From: Penicillus capitatus | Lineage: Eukaryota > Plantae > Chlorophyta | Length of the DNA: 64,000 nt | Reading direction: 5' to 3' | NCBI GenBank assembly: GCA_965649825.1 | Contig: OZ287700.1 | Coordinates: forward strand, 372,001-436,000 | In this document: one piece after another, positions 40,750 to 51,700 of the stretch | Layout: every line of letters starts with the position of its first letter | Numbering within the stretch: position 1 is the stretch's first letter | Translations under genes and position numbers: made by a program | The notes under the pieces: model-generated | What the model saw: only the letters and a program-made list of their open reading frames with translations | What the model was told of the DNA's origin: nothing | Databases searched by the model: none

Positions 40750-43700
40750 ATGAATCGGCTTGCCCCTGCTGCTGCACTACTTGTCCTGGTTTCCCTCCTC
40801 TCTTTGGCTGTCTGTCAAACAGATGCAGGTGACGGCCGAAACAGCATGAGCCACACATGCATGTATTCTTCTTTCGACCGACGACCAGACTATGCGCTAT
40901 CATTTCGTTTACTTCTGTGCGATCGCGTTACTCGTGTCTTTTGGTTTCGAGTGTTGGTTTCTAAAAGCGCCCTTCGCCGATTTGTGTCGGTTAAAAGTCC
41001 ATTGCGCAGGTGGAGAATGTCGCCTCACTGCGGAAGAGATAGATGCTGTGTACGACAGTGATCGCGCCACGTGGTCAGTCACCGAAGGAATCTACAGTCG
41101 TTATGGTCTCCAGAGTGTCGTCGATTGCGCTGAGGAAGGCGACGTTCTCTTGCTCAAAGTCTCGTCGTCGTCGGCGCCGATTTCTCCTCAGGAACAGATC
41201 GTCGTCCGGCGGAATCTGACAATCGACGGAGCCGAGAAGCCGTCAAGAACTAAGCTCACCTGTCCTGCGGGAAAGGGACTGTTCCGCATAGAGTGAGCAT
41301 TCTCGCATCTCACTCCTCGCTAACAGCAAAGGATTCTCTGAAGGAGTGGCAGCTTCACACTCAGAAACGTTGTCATCGTTGGATGCAAGTTCTCCGAGGG
41401 AGACGAAGTCGTCGGCATCATCGAAACGGCCGGATGCAATCCTCGATCTCGGGCGAACGGGGAACTGCACTTATCTGGCGTTAAGTTTCGCAAGAATGAA
41501 AACCCAGCCGGCTCCGTCGGAGTCGTCGTCCGGGATCCCGGCTGCCATGGCAGAGTCGTCATGCAAGATGTGACCTTCGAGAAAAACCAGTACAGCCATC
41601 CGATGTCTCTGTCCACCGACAACGCACTGGAGAAAGTGACAGTCGAAGGAAATGAGGGCATCAGTAACACAAAAACTTCTTCATTCTTTCACTTCCCTCC
41701 AAATTCAACGTCGCTGTTGTCGAACGTGATCTCCAGGAAAAACGACAAGGGGTCGTTGATCGACGGACATCGCGTAAACTTGACCATTTCTGGTTCAGTT
41801 TTTGCCAACAACGATGGGCGTCAGAGTGGCGTCATTCGCCTTTCTGCTTCCGCTTTGACCGTTTCCGATTCGAATTTCATCAGCAACATCTGCCGTTGCA
41901 ACGGCTCTGCCGTCTCCATGAACCGCAGTGTCTCTGCAACTTTCTCGTCCTGTGGATTTGTCGCGAACAATGCGTCTGGATTCGGAGGCTCCGTCTATGC
42001 TTCTCGAATCCAGAACATAAAATTTACTTCGTGTTCCTTTGTGGGCAGCTCTGGTGCTTACAAGAGCGTCGGAGGAGCTGTCTATCTCGAAGGCGACGGA
42101 TCCATAATCTCAGGAGCCGTCCGAAGACCGCAGAGTGCGACCTTTGACAACTGCACGATCGAACGGAGCTCGGCGGGCGACGGTGCAGCAGTGGCCTTTC
42201 TGTTCTGGCGCGGGGCCATTCGCTTCCGTTCCTGTCGATTTGATGGCAACAAAGAGATCAAAGAGGTGTTTGATTACAGCACCCATGCCTACACTGCCGC
42301 CGGAGCCATTCTCGTGTTCAAAGGAAACATCACGCGCTTTGCCGCCAAAAGATGCCAGTTTCATCACAACACGGCGAAGAAAGGCGGCGCTCTGTCATTT
42401 CTTGCCACGACTGGAACGTTTGACGTTGCCGATTCGGCTTTCGTTCGAAATCGGGGAGATGGGCCTTACTGGGATGAAACGGGCGGTGGCAGCATCCTGG
42501 TGGACACCCAGATACCAGAGTGGTTTGAAGTACCGTACTTGTTTCAAGGGCAGTTGTACGTGGAGGAGGAAGTGAATCTCACGATCTCTCGCTCCACATT
42601 CAAGAGCAACAGAGCGGATACCTTGGGAGGTGCTCTGCACGTCACTGGCAAATTTGTGCACGTCAGCCTTCAAAATAACACCTTCTTCAAGAATCGTGCT
42701 GAACGTGGGGCTGCCGTCAGTGTGATACGCGTCAGTTCCTTCAGTACATCTGGGAATTGCACGTTCCAGAACAACAGCGCCAAGCTTAGCGGCGGTGCGA
42801 TCTACGTCCAGTCCACAGAGGGAACCATCGAATGGAGCACATTCGTTCACAACAAGGCTCAGTACGGCGGCGGCGTGTCCATCGACCACACAACAACGAT
42901 AGAAAGTTCGTTATTTGCAAACAACGAAGCGACGAGGAGTGGCGGTGCTCTGCACATCAATCGCCATCCGAGCGCGGAACTTGGTCACGAATACTACAAA
43001 GTTGGTATCTTTCAATGTCAGTTCATCGCTAATCAAGGAGGCGATTCGGGAGGTGCTATTCAATCCTACTCTGAAGAGAATTTGCGTATTTCCCAGTGCA
43101 CCTTCGAAAAGAACAGTGCTTACGCAGGAGGAGGTCTCTCTCTGTTTCGTGGACAGTTACGGACAAGAACATGGAGCATCGGCACGTCAACTTTTTCGGA
43201 GAATCACGCATCCATTGGAGGTAGGATGTGGTGGGCCATTCAAATGTTCGTTGACGCGTGCTTCTAGGTGCTATATCTGTGTTGGAAAACTCGGACCTTG
43301 ACAAGCGAGACCGTGATCTGGGCATCCCTCTTCACTATTATTCGTTTTCTTCCTATCCTCCCGGTCTGGAAATTTCGAGGACGACCATCTCTAACAACAC
43401 TGCAGAGGAGTCTGGTGCTGGTATTTTTGTTGAGGACCCTGGCGTTTTGGGTATCCGTTTCGAGAAAACCGGCGTAACTACGGAGATCCGAGCGAGCGAT
43501 TTCAAGAAAAAGGTAGACTGTGGGAACACATCGAAGCCTGAATTCGATGAAATCAAGAACCTCCACAACAACACTGTCGCAAGAGGCTACGAAGAGAACC
43601 TGGCGAGCATCTCAGATGCGTTCTGCGTCTCCATCGCCGAGGACGAGAAGCCAATTGCAGTGATATCCGCTGGACAGAAGTACCGTCTGACAAACTGGAG

Positions 43701-44046
43701 AAGCGGTGAGGCATTCCCCACGCTGAAGATCGTGATGTACGACCGATTTGGAAACGCCTATTCAATGACGAAGCCACCTCAATTGAACGAAGGAATGAGA
43801 GTCACTCAACCGGCGAAAGCATACGGTGCGAAGCGGATGGCAATATTGGAAGCTGTCGAGAACGCGGACTCTCCGAACGGGTTTGTCTTAGACGATGTCT
43901 ACAGCGACGTATCATCTGGAGAGACAGAGATGAGACTCGGAAATCTGCACCCGCAGCCTGGCAACTACACACTCATGCTCCATGTCGATGGCTACCCGTC
44001 GTGGAATGTCACGATCGAAGTGGAGGTCGTGGACAGCGACGACTAG
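40750..44046 (+). CDS. Secreted polymorphic-membrane-protein-like beta-helix (pectin-lyase fold) protein
   Basis: Signal peptide MNRLAPAAALLVLVSLLSLAVCQ and many GGA(I/L/V) and FxxN repeats in ORF 41561..43267. Multi-exon. Confidence 0.8.
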
Positions 44047-45751
44047 AGGAAGAGAGGTCGATCGTATGAACCTGTCTGCCATGAGCAGGATAGACGATCT
44101 TGGTTATGTGTAACATATTTCTTTGCCTTCTGGTTTGTATTGATGCATGTGTTCCTAGCAGATCGTGCGTGAATCAGGTTTAAAACCCCTTTCGCCAAAG
44201 ACATCCTGGGCTTCAGCAGAAAGTGTCGTCAGTCAATCGGAGAAGCAAATCAGCGCGCCTCGCACTAACTGCATTGTCAGAAAACTCGTTCGTTCTGATG
44301 CATTCGATGCGCATCACAGAAGAAGAGGTGTTGGCCGCCGCAGGCATGTTAAGCTTACATCCTTCCTTCAGGATTCCAATAGTCAAACGCGTTGCAACTA
44401 GCACAACGAATCTCCACAGTGTAAGCATTTCGGTCACCCAAACGCCGTTCGTCGATCATTCTGATCCTGTATCTGCCGCCTCCGAATCTTCTTCTCTGGC
44501 ATCTCTCCACGAAATCACGGCGTCAGCAGCTGTTTTGTTTCGTTCGCCTGCGCATCCTCAAGTGATCCTTGGTCGTGCTTACCTGCCGCATGCAACTCAG
44601 TCCTTCAAACGTTCGACGCTTGAGCCGCGTCCGCCAGTACGGAGCAGTGCTGGACGGTGCATCTGCTGTGCCTCCTTGCCTCATTCGCCTACGGATAACA
44701 GAATAACAACTGGTGAGCTCTTCGACGTGTCGTAAGCGCAAGATGTTTCGGATCCTTTTGCGCTCTCGTCCTTCGTCCACTACGCGACCACATCACGCGC
44801 TGCGGCGTAGCATCGACACTCTTCTTTGTCGCTTTGCACTCCAGACTGCTCATTCGTTGGTCCTGGAACAACACATCCTTCTCAATTCCGAGGATTCCCC
44901 GAAAGACTTCGCAGACCATTCCCAATTCTGTGAATCCTCTCTCGGCGTTGAACGTATCCGCTTCGGCAGTGACTGACACACTGAACCGGTGTCAGCCAGC
45001 CGCATGATGCCCTCCATGACCCAAAAGCTCGTCGTCGACGTCGTCGACGATCGCTCAGCGGCCACTGCGCACGAGCACTTTCGATTTACTTCATCAAATG
45101 CATTTTGCTCGTTCAGCAATCCATCTGCCGTCAGAACATCCTTACCGTCTATCTGAGTTTGTCTGTTTACGTGTTTCATTTCCAAGAACACCAGGACGTA
45201 TTCGCGCAGTCAAATCCGAACCTCTTGCCATGAAGAATCGTGCATCTCGTCGTCTTCACAGCGTCACCGAGAGCATCGGCGTGTCGCCGCGCATCGTCGA
45301 AATGTGCGACGGTTCTCTCTCCTGCACGCATCCCTCCAAACGGCAAGGCAGAGAAGGAGACCACTGGGAATTTGTCAAGACGGTAAGGGTCCTGACACAT
45401 TCGCGTGCTCATCCACGATTCGTTCTCCAGTGTGTACGTTCGCCGACTACCGACGGAGGCGCGTCGGCCCGAATCCGTACGACGGCGCCGGTAGCAGACG
45501 CGGACTGCGCGTTTTATCAGAAGAAAAGCTTCGAGGGAACGAAGGTGGTCGACGGCGAGCGCCGCAAGCCGCCTCGTCGTGTCGAGGTAAGTTCTGACCG
45601 TTCGAAATCTCGCCATCTGAGTTGCATGCTGTCCATCAGAACCCGCGGCGGAGGGAGTGTGCATCGGGTTCGAGTCAATTCAAAGTCCACACAGTTTCAA
45701 AGGTGACGAATTCTCTGCCGAAGACGCGTGTTTCAATTTCACATTCGATAG

Positions 45752-48700
45752 ATGTGGGATCCTGTCAGCGTCGCCAGGACGCTTCCTTCGCTCGTGCCTC
45801 GCCGTCGCCGCCGCGGGGAGGCCGCACCAGGCGTCTTCTTCAGAGGATTCGACCGTGAAGAGACTCGCCGCGGCAAATCGCGCGTGCCTACAGGCAGGAC
45901 AGCCAAGAATCTGCCATCGGTCCACTCAAGTGGTTCGTCCTTCGATCGACAAGAGCAGCCTCACTCCCAGATTCCTCAGGCATGCACACAAGTGCTGTCT
46001 TCTTCTTCCTGTTCTAGCTTTCAACTTTTAACTCAGGGAGACTCTGAGGAAGTCTGCGAGTTTGAGATCGAGGGTACTGGCCTCGTGCAGATCTTTCGAA
46101 AAGGAGAGAACTTCGCCGGGAGGATTGTGGAGCGAGTGGGACCGTTCTCCAAGACTACAACGGTTCCGCTTTTCTGCAAGGGCTTCTCAGACCCAGAGGA
46201 AGCGATTCGCCGTCTGGCCCGGCTGCCGTGGACCGCTGCACGTCGCCGCATTCACATTCTGTCCAATCCAACTCGCGGCACCGAGAGGTTCATCTTCTTG
46301 GGAGATCTTGGACTTTGGGGTGGCGGAAACGGGGAACCCTCATCCAGCAGCGATGCGCTCGGGCACCAGACTCCGGCCGAAGGCAGCGCCTCTCGTTCGG
46401 TGATTCAAAGGGCTTTGACGTCAGTGGAACGATTCCTCGTCCAGAGGATTCTCGACGAAGGGTCGCCGTACCAGAACCTGGAACAAGTGGTGAAAGCGTT
46501 CAACGAGGCGGAGGACGCCGTGCTGAGACTTGCACCAGCAGTAGTCATAAGGAGGGTCCTCGGTGCCTTCGGAGACATGCACGTCGGAGAAGCGACGGAC
46601 AATGGAGGGGCAGTGGTCCGCGAGTGCCTTGCTCTGTGCGGCCTCGACAGCGCTGACCGCGAACACGTGCCTCTCCTCAAAGACTTCTTCGACAGCATCC
46701 GCGACAAGCTGTGCACCGACACTCCCAGCAGCAGATATCTCACGGAGGCGATTGAGCTTACGCTTCAGACTGTCGAAGCCGAGCTCTTCGAGGACGATCC
46801 GGGCTGTCTTGTTCGGCTCGCCAAGTTTCTACTAGACGAGCTCGATCCGGAAAAGGCGAGCTTCTCGAGAAAGACGTTTCCCGCACAATGCAGCGCCCTG
46901 CACGCTGTGCACGAGTGCTTGAGGATCCTTGGCGACGTCGGATCGGACGATTTGGATCCGAACAAGCTTGAAGGATTGCACGCAAGGGTCGAGGAATGTT
47001 GTCGGAAGGTGATCGACGTCGCGGGGTACTACCCGATGAAGTACGAAGCGATGCTGGTTCGACACAGCATGACATCTTCTCAGTTCTCCAAGCGAGGCGC
47101 CCACAATGCGAGTAACGCAAAACGCGTTGTCGGGCTTTTCTACGGCACGGCGGGCATCCATCAAGCGGTGCGAAAAGCGGTCCATCTGGACTTCGATCTC
47201 GGAGATGCGGAGTCCGTGGCGAGTGCGCTGCAACAGGTCCGGCTACAAGCGATGGTGCAAGCGATGCATCAAGCGAGGCGCGGCGAAGTCGTTTGGGAGG
47301 ATCAGTGGCGCACGTGCCTCCGTGCGCTCAACGCCGCACACTTCGCGGTCATGGAAGATCCGTCTGCTTTCGAAGTGTTCAGCGAGATCCTGTCCTCTCT
47401 CGTGCTCGAAGAAAGGGCGTCCGACTCCGAACACTGCAAGGCTCTGAGGTTCGGCGTGGTGGAAATGTTGACCATGCTCTCCATCCACGCGAAGGACGGA
47501 GATGTCCGCAGAGCGAGCGCCGAGACTCTAGCAAGCTTCGTCGAGCGCAAGGACGAGTGGGACTGGTGCAGCGACCGCGATCTCTTCTTGGAGCTTCTCG
47601 ATAACCTGGCGGAGTTATGTGCTCGAGGTTTTGATCACGAGAAGCGTGCAGCTGACGACGCCATGGAAAGACTGATTTCGAATGTGCATAACCCGGCATG
47701 TGAAGAAGCCCTGTCCGAGTGGCGGGGGGAGAAGAAAGCGGACGAAGGGGTAGATTCGGTCTCGTCCGGCGAAGACAAAACAGCCGGCAACGAACTGTTT
47801 CTTCGAGTGTGGAAGGGTCTCGAAGACGAACTGTCTGCACCGACTACGGAAGTTCTCCCGCGGCCGAAGAAGAAACACTCTTTGGCCTCGCCTGACATTG
47901 TCCGCTACTTCGCCGGGAGGAAGGATGAGCTGAAAGCAATCGTCGAAGCCTTTGCAGAGAGCTCCGAGTCCGTTGTCGCGAAGGCCATCATATGCCCGGG
48001 CGGCATCGGAAAGACCCAGCTCGCGATAAAGGCGTTCGATTACTTCAGGAGCAAACACAGCTACGACGACGAGTTCTGGATTCCTTCAGGTTCGAGGGAG
48101 AGCATCACTGCCGCGTTCTTGCAGATCGTGGAATATCTGCAAATTCCCACGGACGACGACACACCAGAGCTGGTCAGACGCGTTCGAGAAAAGCTCGGAA
48201 GATCGCGCTGTCTGTACGTCTTCGACGACGCACCGAACCTCGAGCTGATTCGCGAGTACGTTCCGCCGGCAGGCGCACACGTCATCGTCACGACGAGAGA
48301 GTGCGGAGCGAGCGAGTGGGCAAGAAACGCGGTTCGACTCGAGCCGCTCGACGAGATCGAAGCGCGGATTCTAGCCGAGAAATTTGAATGTGCCAAGTCA
48401 CTGCGGTCGAAGGATCTGGACGATTTGATGGATCTGCTGCCTCGGACTCCGCTGGCCCTCGCGCAGTTCTTCTCCGTGATGAGGGACGAAGATGTGTGGA
48501 ACCCCGGTGAATGGGTGCAACACATGCTGCGGTACAAACTCACACCGCGGGAAGCCGAAACGATAGCAAAGCTCTCCGCGACGCGAAGCGGCGAAGTCGC
48601 AACTGGAATGATCTTCGTATTCAACTCGAGCGTGCGAAAGATCTCGAAAGAACCCAACGACTTGGGCCCACGCTCGCTCGACCTCCTCGCCAAGCTGGCG

Positions 48701-51700
48701 CTCCTCGATCCAAACGGAGTGCCCGTCGATTGGGTGTACAAGTGGCTCGAACTCGAGGATGAATCCTCCAAGACAAGAACAGAGAACTTCATGAGGCTCC
48801 TTGAGCGTTTCTCTCATGTCTCGTGGGACAAAAGAACGAACCAGATCCACATGCACGCAGAGACACAACTTCTAGTCAAACAGCTCCTCATCAACATCGA
48901 TGAAAGCAGTTCCAGCCACACTCAAGAATCCGAAGAACAAAACAAGAAAACAATTAGAGATCACGTCGACACCATAGTGCATTCAATCGGCCGATACATC
49001 GGCGAGTGGAGAACCGACCGTTCAAACCGAGAACTGTGGACATCGCTCGCACGAAACGGGTTGCCGCTCCAAGAAAGCTGCGAAAACTGCAAGGAACATC
49101 GCACAGAACTCAAGTTACTCGAACATATGTCAGAGGCCTACAAAGAGATGTGCATGTTCCGAGAATCTATATCGTATGCTCACAGAGCCCTCAAGATGTG
49201 TGAGCGCCTTCACGGAGACTCGGACCATCCGGACCTCGTCATTCCCATCAACAACTATGCTTCTGGGCTAGATACCGCGGGTAGAATCAACGAAGCGTTG
49301 CCGCTCTACGAGCGGGCACTGGAGATGTGTGAGCGCATCCACGGCGAGGCGGACCATCCGTCCCTCGTCACTAGTATCGGGAACTATGCCCTTGGGCTAC
49401 AAGCCGTAGGAAGAGTAAACGAAGCGTTGCCGCTCTACAATCGGGCTCTGGAGATGTGTGAGCGCATCCACGGCGACGCGGATCATCCGTCCCTCGAATG
49501 TTGCATCAACAACTATGCCCTTGGGCTAGATGATGCGGGTAGAATTAACGAAGCGTTGCCGCTCTACAATCGGGCTCTGGAGATGTGTGAGCGCATCCAC
49601 GGCGAGGCGGACCATCCGTCCCTCGTCACTAGTATCGGGAACTATGCTTCTGGGCTAGATACCGCGGGAAGAATTAACGAAGCGTTGCCGCTCTACAAGC
49701 GGGCAATGGAGATGTGTGAGCGCATCCACGGCGACGCGGATCATCCGTCCCTCGAATGTTGCATCAACAACTATGCTTCTGGGCTACAAAACGCGGGAAG
49801 AATACACGAAGCGTTGCCGCTCTACAATCGGGCTCTGGAGATGTGTGAGCGCATCCACGGCGAGGCGGACCATCCGGACCTCGTCATTCGCATCGGCAAT
49901 TATGCCCTTGGGCTACAAGCCGTAGGAAGAGTAAACGAAGCGTTGCCGCTCTACAAGCGGGCACTGGAGATGTGTGAGCGCATCCACGGCGAGGCGGACC
50001 ATCCGGACCTCGTCATTCGCATCGGCAATTATGCCCTTGGGCTAAAGGCCGTGGGTAGAATACACGAAGCGTTGCCGCTCTACAAGCGGGCTCTGGAGAT
50101 GTGTGAGCGCATCCACGGCGAGGCGGACCATCCGGACCTCGTCATTCGCATCGGCAATTATGCCCTTGGGCTAAAGGCCGTGGGTAGAATACACGAAGCG
50201 TTGCCGCTCTACAAGCGGGCACTGGAGATATGTGAGCGCATCCACGGCGACGCGGATCATCCGTCCCTCGAATGTTGCATCAACAACTATGCTTCTGGGC
50301 TAGATACCGCGGGAAGAATTAACGAAGCGTTGCCGCTCTACAATCGGGCTCTGGAGATGTGTGAGCGCATCCACGGCGAGGCGGACCATCCGGACCTCGT
50401 CATTCGCATCGGCAATTATGCCCTTGGGCTAAAGGCCGTGGGTAGAATACACGAAGCGTTGCCGCTCTACAAGCGGGCTCTGGAGATGTGTGAGCGCATC
50501 CACGGCGAGGCGGACCATCCGGACCTCGTCATTCGCATCGGCAATTATGCCCTTGGGCTAAAGGCCGTGGGTAGAATACACGAAGCGTTGCCGCTCTACA
50601 AGCGGGCTCTGGAGATATGTGAGCGCATCCACGGCGACGCGGATCATCCGTCCCTCGAATGTTGCATCAACAACTATGCTTCTGGGCTAGATACCGCGGG
50701 AAGAATTAACGAAGCGTTGCCGCTCTACAATCGGGCTCTGGAGATGTGTGAGCGCATCCACGGCGAGGCGGACCATCCGGACCTCGTCATTCGCATCGGC
50801 AATTATGCCCTTGGGCTAAAGGCCGTGGGTAGAATACACGAAGCGTTGCCGCTCTACAAGCGGGCTCTGGAGATATGTGAGCGCATCCACGGCGAGGCGG
50901 ACCATCCGGACCTCGACCGTTGCATCAACAACTATGCCCTTGGGCTAGATGATGCGGGTAGAATCAACGAAGCGTTGCCGTTCTACAAGCGGGCACTGGA
51001 GATGTGTGAGCGCATCCACGGCGACGCGGATCATCCGTCCCTCGAATGTTGCATCAACAACTATGCTTCTGGGCTACAAAACGCGGGAAGAATACACGAA
51101 GCGTTGCCGCTCTACAAGCGGGCTCTGGAGATGTGTGAGCGCATCCACGGCGAGGCGGACCATCCGGACCTCGTCATTCGCATCGGCAATTATGCCCTTG
51201 GGCTACAAGCCGTAGGAAGAGTAAACGAAGCGTTGCCGCTCTACAAGCGGGCACTGGAGATGTGTGAGCGCATCCACGGCGAGGCGGACCATCCGGACCT
51301 CGTCATTCGCATCGGCAATTATGCCCTTGGGCTAAAGGCCGTGGGTAGAATACACGAAGCGTTGCCGCTCTACAAGCGGGCTCTGGAGATGTGTGAGCGC
51401 ATCCACGGCGAGGCGGACCATCCGGACCTCGTCATTCGCATCGGCAATTATGCCCTTGGGCTAAAGGCCGTGGGTAGAATACACGAAGCGTTGCCGCTCT
51501 ACAAGCGGGCACTGGAGATGTGTGAGCGCATCCACGGCGAGGCGGACCATCCGTCCCTCGTCAATAGTATCGGGAACTATGCTTCTGGGCTAGATGACGC
51601 GGGTAGAATCAACGAAGCGTTGCCGCTCTATGAGCGGGCACTGGAGATGTGTGAGCGCATCCACGGCGAGGCGGACCATCCGGACCTCGACCGTTGCATC

